NCBI GenBank assembly: GCA_033763315.1
Contig: JANRKS010000009.1
Span: forward strand, 224,001 to 288,000
DNA from: Deltaproteobacteria bacterium
GTDB taxonomy: Bacteria > Myxococcota_A > Polyangia > Fen-1088
Reading direction: 5' to 3'
DNA length: 64,000 bases
The position numbers and the translations under genes were made by a program. A model generated the notes under the pieces. That model searched no databases and was not told the origin of the DNA. It saw nothing but the letters and a program-made list of their open reading frames with translations. This document shows, piece after piece, positions 49,646 through 59,901 of this stretch (position 1 is its first letter; every line of letters starts with the position of its first letter).

Positions 49646-50196
49646 ACGACGCGGGGGCCGGCGGGAAGCGTTCGGGCAGCTCCGAAGAGCGAGGGGCGAT
49701 CAAGTTGCCGCCGTTGCCGCCGCGCCGCGGGCGGGGGCGTTGGGATGGGGTTGCGCTGTGGCTGTCGGTGTGGTTTGGCTGCGGTTATGCGCCCAAGGCC
49801 CCAGGAACCGTGGGAGCGCTGGGCGCTTTGCCGGTGTTTGCCGTCGCGCAGCTGGCCGGACCGTTCACTGTGTTCGCGGTGGGGGCGCTCGTCACCGTGG
49901 TTGGGATTTGGTCATCAACGCGGGTGGCTCGACAGATGCGGGTCGAAGATCCGCAGATCATCGTCATCGACGAGGTGGCGGGTGTTTTGTTGACGTTGGC
50001 TGTCGCTCCCCCAGGGTGGCTGGGGCTCGCCGCGGGCTTTTTGCTGTTCCGAGCGTTTGACATTTGGAAGCCATGGCCGGTTCGGCTGTTCGAGCGACTG
50101 CCCCTGGGCTTCGGCATCATGATGGACGACGTGGCCGCCGCAGCGATGGCGGCCGCGGTTCTGTTGGTGCCTCAGATGCTTAAGGTCTGGCCCTAA
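49642..50196 (+). CDS. pgpA: Phosphatidylglycerophosphatase A
   Basis: GYAPKAPGT, DPQIIVIDEVAG, FRAFDIWKPWP, GIMMDD; GTG start overlaps the gtrA stop. Confidence 0.93.
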   Translation: MNDAGAGGKRSGSSEERGAIKLPPLPPRRGRGRWDGVALWLSVWFGCGYAPKAPGTVGALGALPVFAVAQLAGPFTVFAVGALVTVVGIWSSTRVARQMRVEDPQIIVIDEVAGVLLTLAVAPPGWLGLAAGFLLFRAFDIWKPWPVRLFERLPLGFGIMMDDVAAAAMAAAVLLVPQMLKVWP

Positions 50197-50229
50197 GGCT
50201 GGACAAGCAGGGTGGGCGATCTGCAAATC

Positions 50230-50261
50230 AAAAAGCCCGCCTAAAATTAGGCGGGCTCTTT
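50230..50261. terminator. Bidirectional intrinsic terminator
   Basis: AGCCCGCCTAA-AA-TTAGGCGGGCT flanked by A and T tracts, between convergent genes. Confidence 0.85.
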
Positions 50262-50300
50262 GCCAAACGGCGACTTTGGCCGCGGTTGCGGGCTTTGCGC

Positions 50301-50555
50301 TTAGCTGTCGGCGTACATCTTGAGCTGTTCTTTGACCAGCTTCTCGTTAACGCCTGTGCGGATGTACTCTTGAAGGCAGTCGGCCAAGGTGAGGATCATA
50401 TCTTCTGTGGACCCTTGGCTTGTGACTTTTGCGATCAGCGCCCGACCTTCGGGGCTGTCATCATCCCGCAAGAAATCTCGAAGCGCATCCAGGCTAAGGT
50501 CGCCGGAAAAGTCGAGTATCGCGTGTTCGAGCAGGAATGCTATCAGTCGGTCCAC
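50301..50555 (-). CDS. Small (84 aa) acidic helical hypothetical protein
   Basis: GGAGG RBS, GTG start, own terminator, amphipathic helical composition. Confidence 0.8.
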   Translation of the reverse strand: MDRLIAFLLEHAILDFSGDLSLDALRDFLRDDDSPEGRALIAKVTSQGSTEDMILTLADCLQEYIRTGVNEKLVKEQLKMYADS

Positions 50556-50815
50556 TTCGGCCTCCGGTGGAGAAAAAAAAACGGGTGAGCCTCAAAGCCA
50601 TAGCTTGGAAACCTCGCGGGATGCAAGGTTTTTTTGGGCTTTTCGCGGTGCGGACCGTGATGAAAAGTGGGTGTTCCTCGCGTGCCACAAAAGGTCAGTT
50701 CGGCGCTCGTGACAGCCGCCCATATGAACGAGCCACGCATTCAAAACGGCAATCGCGACGATAACACTTTGCCGAACTTGACTCGCGCAGGGGAAATGTT
50801 TACGGTCGGCACATC

Positions 50816-51217
50816 GTGTCGCGCCCTTGCTTGGTTGCAGCGCTTACGTTGGGGATGGCGTTGCCCCTCGGTTGTGGCCCTGTTGAGTATGTCGCTCAAG
50901 TGGGGGGGAGAGCCTCGTCTTCTTTGGCCCAAGCGCGGCGAGAGAAGGCCGACGAGCTGGCGCCTTACGAATACACCGCTGCTGGCGAGTATTTGAAAAA
51001 GGCGCGCGAAGAAGCCGGCCGATCACAATTTCAAACGGCGCTCGAATACGGCAAGATCGCCGAAGAGATGGCCGATCGGTCGCGCGCTTTGGCGCGTGAA
51101 CGAAAGGCGGGGCGAGGGTGGGAGGCGCCAGCGCCAACCAACGCGCCAACCAAAGAAAAGACGGCTCCGGCGGATGAACCACCGGCGGTGAAGCCTGCGC
51201 CGGAGCGGCGCTCATGA
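50816..51217 (+). CDS. DUF4398-like lipoprotein
   Basis: Lipobox PLGC; APYEYTAAGEYLKKAREEAG helical hairpin. Confidence 0.8.
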   Translation: MSRPCLVAALTLGMALPLGCGPVEYVAQVGGRASSSLAQARREKADELAPYEYTAAGEYLKKAREEAGRSQFQTALEYGKIAEEMADRSRALARERKAGRGWEAPAPTNAPTKEKTAPADEPPAVKPAPERRS

Positions 51218-52311
51218 ACAGCCTGCAACGGTTTTGGCTGTGCGTGGGGGCGATGGTGTTTGCTTCAAGTTGCGCAGGCGCGCGCCTTGAGGAGCGCTCT
51301 CGGCAAGTGCGCTCGCTCATCGCTGAGGCGCGTGCTTCGGGTGCCTACAAATGCGCTCCAAGGCAGCTGGCGTTTGCCGAGAGCCATGTGGTGTTCGCAG
51401 ACAGCGAGCTGCACCAAGGTGACTATTTCCGCGCCAAGGATCACCTTGATTTCGCCGAAGCTCAGGTGTCTGAGGCGTTGCGCGAATCGCCGGCAGATCG
51501 ATGTCTGGCGACCGCAAAACAGCCCACGGTCAAGGTCGCGTTGGAAGCCAAGCCCAAAGACGCAGACGGCGACGGCGTTCTCGACGAGGACGACAAATGC
51601 CCCAAAGAGGCAGAAGACAAAGACGGCTTTGAAGACGCGGATGGCTGCCCCGATCCCGACAACGACGCCGATGGCGTAATGGATGTGGCCGATAAGTGCG
51701 CGCTTGAAGCGGAAGACAAAGACAACTTTGAAGACGCGGATGGCTGCCCGGAACTAGACAACGACGGCGACAAGATCGCCGACGCCCAAGATCAGTGTCC
51801 GATGGAGCGCGAGGACTTTGACAGCTTCGAAGATGCCGACGGCTGCCCCGAGCGCGACAACGACAAAGATTCGCTCGACGACTTGGCCGACAAATGCCCG
51901 AACCAAGCTGGGCCCCCTGGCACCGGCGGTTGCCCCGAGGTGTTCAAGCACATTGAGGTCACCAAAGATAAGATCGAGCTTAAGCAGAAGATCTTCTTTG
52001 CGAGTGCGAAGGCACTGATTCAGTCGCGCAGCTTCGAGCTGCTTGAAGAAGTGGCTTCGGCGCTTAAGTCCCGCCCCACGATGCGCTTGCGCATTGAAGG
52101 TCACACGGATAGCCAGGGCAAACGCGCCTCGAACCTACGCTTGTCGCAACTGCGCGCCGATGCCGTTAAGGCGCATTTGATGGGGTTAGGCGTGGCGGCT
52201 GATAGGATGGAATCGGTGGGCTTTGGCCCCGATCAGCCCATCGAAACGAACCGCACGGCGTCCGGTCGAGATCGCAATCGGCGTGTTGAGTTTGTGATCA
52301 CGGCGCAGTAA
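51214..52311 (+). CDS. Lipoprotein with DUF4398-like domain, TSP3 Ca-binding repeats and OmpA C-terminal peptidoglycan-binding domain
   Basis: Lipobox ASSC; 33-aa DxDGDG..D..DxCP..EDxD.FEDADGCP repeats; IEGHTD, LSQLRA, NRRVEF. Confidence 0.92.
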   Translation: MNSLQRFWLCVGAMVFASSCAGARLEERSRQVRSLIAEARASGAYKCAPRQLAFAESHVVFADSELHQGDYFRAKDHLDFAEAQVSEALRESPADRCLATAKQPTVKVALEAKPKDADGDGVLDEDDKCPKEAEDKDGFEDADGCPDPDNDADGVMDVADKCALEAEDKDNFEDADGCPELDNDGDKIADAQDQCPMEREDFDSFEDADGCPERDNDKDSLDDLADKCPNQAGPPGTGGCPEVFKHIEVTKDKIELKQKIFFASAKALIQSRSFELLEEVASALKSRPTMRLRIEGHTDSQGKRASNLRLSQLRADAVKAHLMGLGVAADRMESVGFGPDQPIETNRTASGRDRNRRVEFVITAQ

Positions 52312-52335
52312 GGTCCGGGGCGAGGTCCCCCCCTG

Positions 52336-54012
52336 ATGACACGCTGGCTGTTCCAGGCGTTTGTTGTTGCGGCGCTTTTGAGCGCGCGCGACCCAAGTGC
52401 CTTCGCTTCACCGTCTTCTGATGTAACTGATTCGCTCAAATCGGCGTCGGCCGCGTTTGCACAGCAGAATTGGGCGTCCGCTTCTGAATCCATTCAGAGG
52501 GCCAAACAGCAGGCCCGAGACGGCGGCTTGGCGAACGACAAGTTGATGGCCAAGGCGCTGGTGCATGAAGGCGCGGTGGTTGCGGCGCAGGGGCGCGCCA
52601 ATGAAAGCATCGCGGTGTTTCGGCACGCGTTGCAGATCGATGCGGGCGCCAAACTGACGGCGGTGTTGGCGGCACGCCCTGAGGTGCTTGATGCGTTCAA
52701 GAAGGCGGTGTTGCTTGAACGTTCCGCTTCCGCGCCGCCGGCGGCGGTCTCCGCGGCGCCTGCGGCGGCGGAGCCACCTGCGCCAACGCCCGCGCCTCCG
52801 CCGCCCAAGCCAGCCGCGGCGCCTGCGCCCGTGGCTGCACCCGTGAAAGCCGCGCCCGAGGCCGCCAAACCGGCGCCCCAGCCCGAACAGACCGCCCCGG
52901 TGGTCGCCGCGAAAGCCCCTCCCGCACCCGAGCCGCCTGCGCCCGCGCCCAAGCCCGCGCCTGCCGCGGTACCGAAGCCAGAATCAGCGAAGCCCGCAGC
53001 CGCGAATGAGCCTGAGGAACCCGATCTGCCCGCGTCGCTGCCGCGCCCTTTGCATTGCCCGAACCCGGACGAAGCGCCGCCGGGTCACAAAGCCGTGCTT
53101 CGTTGCGTGGCTCAACCCGAGTTGGACGTGGCACGGGTGTTGTTGTTTTACCGCCTGCCGGGCAACGAAAATTACGAGACGGTCCCTGCGGCCAAGACGC
53201 CGCGCGGTTGGTACGTGGCCGTGGTGCCAGCCAAGGCCTTCTCGGGCAAGGTGATGCAGTATTACTTCGAGGCGCGCGACAGCACCGACAAGTCTGTGGC
53301 TGACAATGGCCGCTTCGAGAGCCCGAACATCATGATCGTGTCGAAGGTCGCGCCCCCCGTTGTGCACAATGCTTTGGCAGGCGTTCGCATGGAGAACGAT
53401 GCCAACGTGGGCGAGGCCGAAGAAGAGAACCCAATCTCGCGGTTGTTCAACAACGAACGCGAAAGCACCGGCGCCAAATACTGGGTGTCACTGATGGTGG
53501 GGCGCGGCCTGGGCCACCACGGGTCGACGACTTTGGAATGGTATGGTTCGGAAGTGTCGGCCGGTTTTCACGGCGCCGGCACCGTTCATTTCGTGCCTGA
53601 ATTCGGCGTGCAGTTGGCGCCCCACTTTGCGATGGCGCTGCAACTGCGCAGCCAAGTGATCGTTCACTCTGGCTCCAAGGGCAACAAGCCCGGGGCACCG
53701 GCGGCGGGTGCAAATGCCGGCCTTTTGCGGCTGATTTGGTTCTTGCCCGTGGGCGAATTTTCGAACTTTCAGATTTCAGCGCTGGCTGGTGCTGGCGAGG
53801 GGTTTCGCTTGGTGGTGGCTCCGAACGAAGTGAATGGACGCACCAGCAGCGACACCGTTCGCGGTGGGCCGATCTTGGCGGGCCTTGGTTTGCACACCGA
53901 CATCGCGTTTACGCGGACGTGGGCGCTTCGCTTAGGTCTGGAGGTGTTGCAGGGCTTCGGCAACAGCGCCACGGTCATCGACTTCGCCGGCGGGCTCGTG
54001 GCTTGGTTCTAA
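52336..54012 (+). CDS. Exported protein: TPR-like domain, Pro/Ala linker, Ig-like domain, C-terminal beta-barrel
   Basis: Signal peptide; about 110-aa P/A-rich linker; amphipathic strands ending GLVAWF. Confidence 0.7.
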   Translation: MTRWLFQAFVVAALLSARDPSAFASPSSDVTDSLKSASAAFAQQNWASASESIQRAKQQARDGGLANDKLMAKALVHEGAVVAAQGRANESIAVFRHALQIDAGAKLTAVLAARPEVLDAFKKAVLLERSASAPPAAVSAAPAAAEPPAPTPAPPPPKPAAAPAPVAAPVKAAPEAAKPAPQPEQTAPVVAAKAPPAPEPPAPAPKPAPAAVPKPESAKPAAANEPEEPDLPASLPRPLHCPNPDEAPPGHKAVLRCVAQPELDVARVLLFYRLPGNENYETVPAAKTPRGWYVAVVPAKAFSGKVMQYYFEARDSTDKSVADNGRFESPNIMIVSKVAPPVVHNALAGVRMENDANVGEAEEENPISRLFNNERESTGAKYWVSLMVGRGLGHHGSTTLEWYGSEVSAGFHGAGTVHFVPEFGVQLAPHFAMALQLRSQVIVHSGSKGNKPGAPAAGANAGLLRLIWFLPVGEFSNFQISALAGAGEGFRLVVAPNEVNGRTSSDTVRGGPILAGLGLHTDIAFTRTWALRLGLEVLQGFGNSATVIDFAGGLVAWF

Positions 54013-54016
54013 AGCG

Positions 54017-56281
54017 CTAATCGCACAAATGGTTCGCGACGACCTGACGGTACGCGGGCCATTTGAGCGGGCTGTTGTGCAGATTCATCTCGGCCGTTGC
54101 AAAACGCGCGGCGGCCCAGCACCTGTCGCCAAAGCCGCGCATGGATAACGCTTTGCCCATCCATTGGCTGGTGAGGTGACGGCTCTCGGCGGCCATCAGG
54201 CCTGCGACGAACGTGCCCACCGGACCCAGGGGCCGTCGCGACGCTTGCAGCTTGGTTGATACGTTCAACGCCTGCGTTGGTGCGTATTGTGTGAGCATGC
54301 GCCACCAGCGCAGGTCGTCGTCATTCTTGATGGCAGCTACATTCATGGCCGCCAAAGTGGACGCCAAGGCCCTGCTGCCGCCGCGCGCATAAGCGGCCCG
54401 TGCCGCCAGCAAACGTTCTTCGGGGGACAACGCCGCTTGGGTCGGCGTGACGCTTTCAGCCGCCTCGGGCCGGCGTGCGAGCAACAACGCAAGTTCAACC
54501 CAGGTGCGCCCCCGGAAGGCCGCTTCTGTGTTTGCATTGAGGGCCTTTTGCCATGGTCGTGCCAGGTCCGCTTGCCCAAGGTTTGCCAACGTGAGCGCCA
54601 CCGCCGCCATCGTGCGCGGATCGGAGATGGCTTCTCGCCCAGCCGCAATGGCTCGCCGTTCGGCCTCCTCATGCAAGCCTCGCCTTCGCAAGGCGCTGGC
54701 GGCACGAATTGAGCACTGGGCAAACAGGTTCGGCCCCAGCGCCGGCGCGCACGAGCCTGCGTCTGTCTCATTTGTGGGGTGCAAGCCGTCGTTCGCTTCG
54801 CGCAGCAAGGCCTCGGCCCGGGGGTGAACCGGCTTGGACTGCGCAAACGGCGCCAAGATGTGCAGAGCCTCGGCCGCGCGACCGTCATCGATGGCAAGCT
54901 CGGCCGCCAGCAACATGGCGGCGGGCTTTTCATTGAGCGAAGCGAGGCGCGCGCGGGCGGCGTCAATGTTGCCCAGCCGTTGCAGCACCCGGGCGCGCGC
55001 CAGCGGCAACCATATTTGGTTTGCACCTTTGGGTTTGGCTCCCTCCACAAGTTCGCGCGCCGCTGTGAGCTTCCCCTCAGCCAGCAATGTGAACACATGC
55101 GCGGCCACAGCCACATCGCTGGTATCGACGTTTGGCAAGGGACGCGCGGGCTTCCAGCCATAATCCAAAAACAGCAACGCCTCTGCCAGGCGTTTGGCGT
55201 CGCTTGCCTGCGCCGACGTAGCGTCCTTGTGAACAGTCAACACTTGGCGCAGCGAGGCCGGCGTGCCCTCGGAAAGCAGATCCTCGATGTTCGCCGTGCT
55301 GGGGTTTTGCGCCAGCCGCAACGTTTGATGCAGTGTCTTCGTGTCTGTGGCCGGCGAGCGTGGCAGCAGCCATCGCACCACGGCGAACCCCAACAACATC
55401 GTTGCAGCCAGCGCCACCAACCAGCCCGCCCCTTTGTGCCAACGTCGCTTCCAGTGTTGGTCTAAAACGGGAATGCCCTTCCACGTGACCGAGGGCGTGT
55501 GCTCGAAGTCGAGGTGGCCGGGCGGTGGCGCGTGGATCATCGACATTTGCGGAGAGGGTGTCACCACGCGTGGCGCACCCTGAACGGAGGGCCATTGTAG
55601 TGTGGTCCGCGCTTGCACGGGCGGGCCCGCCACAGTCAGCACGCCGTCTTCGGCTTCGCTTGCCACAGGCGCAAAATCGGGCCGCGCGTAAAGAGGCGTG
55701 TCAGGCGGCGCGACGCCGGTGGGGGTGGCATCGTCATCGTTTAATTGATTGCGACGTTCGCGCTTCGACAGGCCTTGCGCGGGAATCGGTGGGGGCAGCA
55801 CGCGGCGGCTTGCGAGGCGCGGCAGATCCATCGCGCGTGTGGTGGATTCATCCGCTTGCACATCCGCACGTTCGCCCTCTTGACCGGCCAAACGCTGCAA
55901 CTGGCTGATGCGGCGATTGGCGGGTGAAAGCATCGCCGCTTGGTTCAGCACCGCCTTTGCGCGGGCCCATAAACCCTGCCGGACGAGAACCTCGCCCAGC
56001 CACCGGTACGCGGCGACCGACGCGGGGTACTGAATCGTGGTGGCGCGCAGAACGTCCGCGGCGTCGTCGAGTCGCTCCATCTCGAACAACACGCGGCCCA
56101 AGATCACGCGGCCGCCCGAGAAGTGTGGATGCTGGTGCACAAGCCATCGCGCCAGCGTTTCGGCTTCGGCCAAATGACCACCATCGCACAACGCATGTGC
56201 CGCTGATGCCAATGCCGCTGGCTCCGGTGACGCCCCCGCGATAGCGGTAGAGCGCAACGGAATCGATGCCTCTGAACCCAC
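54017..56281 (-). CDS. Single-pass membrane protein with TPR domains on both sides
   Basis: N-terminal TPRs, Pro-rich region, TM WLVALAATMLLGFAVV, C-terminal helical repeats. Confidence 0.75.
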   Translation of the reverse strand: MGSEASIPLRSTAIAGASPEPAALASAAHALCDGGHLAEAETLARWLVHQHPHFSGGRVILGRVLFEMERLDDAADVLRATTIQYPASVAAYRWLGEVLVRQGLWARAKAVLNQAAMLSPANRRISQLQRLAGQEGERADVQADESTTRAMDLPRLASRRVLPPPIPAQGLSKRERRNQLNDDDATPTGVAPPDTPLYARPDFAPVASEAEDGVLTVAGPPVQARTTLQWPSVQGAPRVVTPSPQMSMIHAPPPGHLDFEHTPSVTWKGIPVLDQHWKRRWHKGAGWLVALAATMLLGFAVVRWLLPRSPATDTKTLHQTLRLAQNPSTANIEDLLSEGTPASLRQVLTVHKDATSAQASDAKRLAEALLFLDYGWKPARPLPNVDTSDVAVAAHVFTLLAEGKLTAARELVEGAKPKGANQIWLPLARARVLQRLGNIDAARARLASLNEKPAAMLLAAELAIDDGRAAEALHILAPFAQSKPVHPRAEALLREANDGLHPTNETDAGSCAPALGPNLFAQCSIRAASALRRRGLHEEAERRAIAAGREAISDPRTMAAVALTLANLGQADLARPWQKALNANTEAAFRGRTWVELALLLARRPEAAESVTPTQAALSPEERLLAARAAYARGGSRALASTLAAMNVAAIKNDDDLRWWRMLTQYAPTQALNVSTKLQASRRPLGPVGTFVAGLMAAESRHLTSQWMGKALSMRGFGDRCWAAARFATAEMNLHNSPLKWPAYRQVVANHLCD

Positions 56282-56346
56282 GGACGCGACTATAAGCGCG
56301 GCCTTCGTTGCCTGCGAAAAAGTTTTTGGATTTCAGTTATGACGTA

Positions 56347-58674
56347 TCACGCCGGTGACACTGTGGTTGCGGGTGCGCGCCAAGCGTCGCGCGCCAAAGG
56401 CACCAGCATCGCCGCGAAAGCAATAAGCAACATGATGCTTTGGTATGTAAAGAACAGGTCGCTTTGGCCCCTGGTCCATCCGTAGGTAGCGAACTGGCCT
56501 ACACACAAAAGGCATAGCGTGAAGATCCATTGTGCTTGGCGGCGTAGGTCGTCGATGCCCGTCAACGCCAGCGGCAACAAGAAGATGAGGTGCAAATAAT
56601 AGTTCGATGGGTAAAACAGAACCGGCACGAGCGTGAGGCTGATAAGCCCGGCCGATTCAGGTGAACGGCGACGGCCTGCCACAAATACACAGCCGACGAA
56701 CGCCAGCATCAATCCGAATCGGACGGGCGCGCGGCGTTCCAGATTCGCCCGGAAGTTTTGCTCCCATTGACCCCATGGGTTCGGAACCCCTGCGGCGGCC
56801 AATTTTTGTCCGGTGGCGCTGGGATCGAACGCCATGACGTTGCGCAGACCTATGTTGTTAACGCTGATGTCATTCTCATGAATGGAGATCTTGTTTGCCC
56901 ACGCCGCCCACGATGACGGCCCGTGCACAGCGACGGACAACGAAAGCAGCACCACCACACACGCCGCCGCTCCGGCGAACGCAGCCAAGGCCGATCGCTC
57001 GGCCGCTTTGAATGCAGACCAGGAGGGCCACTTCTTACGGATGCGCACAAAATCGATCACCCACCACACGGTGGGCACCAACATGAAGATGGCCGCGAGG
57101 GCAGGGAAGGCGCGCAAAAGCCCGCCGTAAGCGAACAGCGCGCCGCCCAGCATGTGGCGCTGCTTCTTGAATGCGCACGCGCCCAACCCCAGCATCACCA
57201 GCCAATCCTGGCGCAACATCGAACCCATTAGGTTGCTTCCAAATTGATAAAAGTCCGTGGCTCCGAACAGCACCAACACATAGCCAAGCGTTCGCCAACC
57301 AAACGCGCGCCCCACGCAGAAAAACATAAAGGCCAGGGCCAGGGGATCGAGCAGCCCCACAAGAATCAAATTCATTTCTGTGGCCGGCATCGAGTGCAAA
57401 ATGGCCCCGGCGCCCAGCAACCACACGGGCGTGGCGTTGCCGCCATGGTCGTTCATGTTCTCCAAGAACGCGCCGTCGCCCATGATATCGATGAACAGCC
57501 GGATGTCGTCCTTGAACGTTGACCATCGGACGTTGTCGAAGCGGCCGCGCACCTCTTCGATGTGATCGCGCATCTCCATGGCCCTCCGCACTTTGCTTTC
57601 TCGCAGATCGCGAAAATGAAGGTTGCCCAACGATTCAAAGGGCTGGTTCCGGACTTCGAGATACGCGGCAAAGCTGGCGGCGTAAAGCCCATCAAACTTC
57701 AACTCGTGAAAGTACTTAGCCGTGGGAAAATAATGGCGCATGTCGTAGCTGTGCACGTACGTGCGTCTGCCCTCCTTGGCATACCAAAACTGCGCGGCGC
57801 CAAAGTGGTAGTAACAACCCACAGCCAAGAACGCGAGCACGCCCAACAGGACGTTGGCCGCGGCGCGGTTGATATTGCCGAGTTGGGGCACCAACACTTC
57901 GCGCGCCACCAGCGCCGCTGCGACAGCCGCAACAAGTCCGCGAATCATGGTCTCTTGATCGAAGAACGGGTAAAGCCCTTGCAGTGTTTTGGCGGTGGCG
58001 CCCGCAAGCAACAACACCACGGCGGCACCCGCGACGGTGACCATTGGTTTCGCGCGACCCATCAACAAGACGACGAACGCCAGGGCGGCCACCGCCACCC
58101 AGCCGAGGCGCACTTTCACGCTTTGATCGAGGGGAATGCCATCCACGCGGTGAAACTCTTGCGGCCAAGGGTTGGGGCACGCGTTTAGCAGGCCCACTTC
58201 AGACAGCGCATAGGATCCGTCGCCACCATGGGCCCACACGCGCACGAAGCGAGCCGTGGCCACAATCTTCGCCACGCGCGTGCGCATGCCCGGCCCCATG
58301 GCCGGTGGGCCGACGAACATCGGAAAGAAGTGGTCGCCGTTGATCGACCCGTCGATCTGGTAAAAGTCGTTGTTGTCGCCCTGCAGGAAGACGCAACGGA
58401 TGGGCTGGGGCCCGCCCAGGTCATAAATGGCGTAGGCATTCTTGTCGCGAAAACGGGTGGTGACGTCCGTGAGCCAAAAATCTCCCTCGGTCGACAGCCG
58501 TTGGTCCGTAAGCGCCGTCGCGTCGCTGATGCCAGAAGAAGCCACTGGCGTCTTGCCGACCAGAAGGCTTTTGACGCCTTCGTCAGCTTGCGCGCTGGCG
58601 GTGACCATCAAGCCGAGCCACAACGCCAAAAGCGAAGCCAGAACACGCGCCACGCACAAGGGTAAGGTCAACAT
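56347..58674 (-). CDS. Discoidin/F5-8-like domain fused to a GT-C-like multi-TM protein
   Basis: Signal peptide; YDLG..QGDNND.Y..ARFVRV..YALSEV domain; 12 or more TM segments with loop motifs HSYDMRHYF..KYFHEL.FDGLY and DHGGNATPVW. Confidence 0.7.
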   Translation of the reverse strand: MLTLPLCVARVLASLLALWLGLMVTASAQADEGVKSLLVGKTPVASSGISDATALTDQRLSTEGDFWLTDVTTRFRDKNAYAIYDLGGPQPIRCVFLQGDNNDFYQIDGSINGDHFFPMFVGPPAMGPGMRTRVAKIVATARFVRVWAHGGDGSYALSEVGLLNACPNPWPQEFHRVDGIPLDQSVKVRLGWVAVAALAFVVLLMGRAKPMVTVAGAAVVLLLAGATAKTLQGLYPFFDQETMIRGLVAAVAAALVAREVLVPQLGNINRAAANVLLGVLAFLAVGCYYHFGAAQFWYAKEGRRTYVHSYDMRHYFPTAKYFHELKFDGLYAASFAAYLEVRNQPFESLGNLHFRDLRESKVRRAMEMRDHIEEVRGRFDNVRWSTFKDDIRLFIDIMGDGAFLENMNDHGGNATPVWLLGAGAILHSMPATEMNLILVGLLDPLALAFMFFCVGRAFGWRTLGYVLVLFGATDFYQFGSNLMGSMLRQDWLVMLGLGACAFKKQRHMLGGALFAYGGLLRAFPALAAIFMLVPTVWWVIDFVRIRKKWPSWSAFKAAERSALAAFAGAAACVVVLLSLSVAVHGPSSWAAWANKISIHENDISVNNIGLRNVMAFDPSATGQKLAAAGVPNPWGQWEQNFRANLERRAPVRFGLMLAFVGCVFVAGRRRSPESAGLISLTLVPVLFYPSNYYLHLIFLLPLALTGIDDLRRQAQWIFTLCLLCVGQFATYGWTRGQSDLFFTYQSIMLLIAFAAMLVPLARDAWRAPATTVSPA

Positions 58675-58737
58675 GGGGCGGCGATGATACCCCATGTGTC
58701 GTGGCATGTCGGCCTTGTGTTTTGCGCTTGCGCCGCG

Positions 58738-59901
58738 CTAAAGCAACGCCAAGGCGGCTTGTGCGGAGGCGGGCCGCGCCGCAGGGGCCGTGGCTGTGGT
58801 GCTGGCCACGAATCGCGCTAGGGCCGCTCCCGTGGCACCCAGATCGGCCACCGCACCGTCGGGCAGGGTAGGTGCCTCAAATCGACCGCTGGTTAAATCA
58901 GCATGGCTTCGCATCGCCCGCCCCACAACCAATTCCCACACCAGCGCGCCCACGGCGAACACATCTGTGGCGATGCTTGAGCCCGCGCCACGCAGTTGCT
59001 CCGGCGCGAAATAAAGCGGTGTGCCGCCGCCGCTTGCGTTGTCGTTGCTGTCGCAGAGGCGTGCCACGCCAAAATCACCCAACACGGGATCGCCGGGCGC
59101 ACGTAGCAAAATGTTGCGAGGCTTGATGTCGCCGTGAATGAGCCCGCTGCCGTGAACGTGTGCCAGCGTGAGCAGCAACCGCTCAACGGTGGCACGAAGC
59201 TCTCCCGCATCCAACCGTCCCGCAGCGTTCATGCGCTCTCTCAACGTGCCGAGCGGCAAATACTCCAGCGATAAGCTGCGCGTGTGTTCGTCAAGATCGT
59301 ACACCGCCACGACGCCTGGGTGACGCAGGGCTGCCGCGAGGCGTGCTTCGCGAAAAAAGCGCTCCCGCATCTCACTGCGCGCGGCCACCCCCAAGAAAGG
59401 GTGCAAGACCTTCAAAGCCACCTGCAATCCCAGGTGCGTGTCACGCGCCAGGAAAACCGTGCCTGTGGCGCCGCGCCCAAGTTCGGCAATGATCTCGTAC
59501 CTGGCCGCCACCACGCCCTCGGGCGAGAGCAAGGTTGCTTCGGCCTTGTATGAAGTCGTGCGCGGCGGAGTGGATGGCGGGCTGTGTTTTGATAACCGCG
59601 CCAGCTGAGCCCGCGCGGTCACGTGATCAACATCGAGCGCCAGCAACGTCTCCCAACACGCGCGTGCCTCGTCGTGCAGGCCCAATTGTTCAGCCGCCTG
59701 CCCGAGCAACACATGTGCTTGTTCCCATAGAGCATCGGCGCTGGATTGCACCAACACCAATCCCACTTCACGCGCGGCTTTTGCGTCACCTGATTGCAAG
59801 AGCGTTTGTGCCACCTGCAAACGCAACGGCTCGTTGGTCGCATCGGCCGCAAGGCGCGCGCGCAATTTGTTGATCGAGGGCGCGCCTTGCAGCTCGCTCA
59901 C
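58738..59901 (-). CDS. Ser/Thr protein kinase with N-terminal TPR (cytoplasmic, non-RD)
   Basis: GRGATGTV, VALK, HGDIKPRN, DFG, GTPLYFAPE, DVFAVG. Confidence 0.92.
   Translation of the reverse strand: MSELQGAPSINKLRARLAADATNEPLRLQVAQTLLQSGDAKAAREVGLVLVQSSADALWEQAHVLLGQAAEQLGLHDEARACWETLLALDVDHVTARAQLARLSKHSPPSTPPRTTSYKAEATLLSPEGVVAARYEIIAELGRGATGTVFLARDTHLGLQVALKVLHPFLGVAARSEMRERFFREARLAAALRHPGVVAVYDLDEHTRSLSLEYLPLGTLRERMNAAGRLDAGELRATVERLLLTLAHVHGSGLIHGDIKPRNILLRAPGDPVLGDFGVARLCDSNDNASGGGTPLYFAPEQLRGAGSSIATDVFAVGALVWELVVGRAMRSHADLTSGRFEAPTLPDGAVADLGATGAALARFVASTTATAPAARPASAQAALALL

Noticed and set aside
51560-51900. Periodic DNA repeats suggesting a CRISPR-like array
   Set aside because: They are in-frame 99-bp TSP3 coding repeats; there are no spacer-repeat units or cas genes
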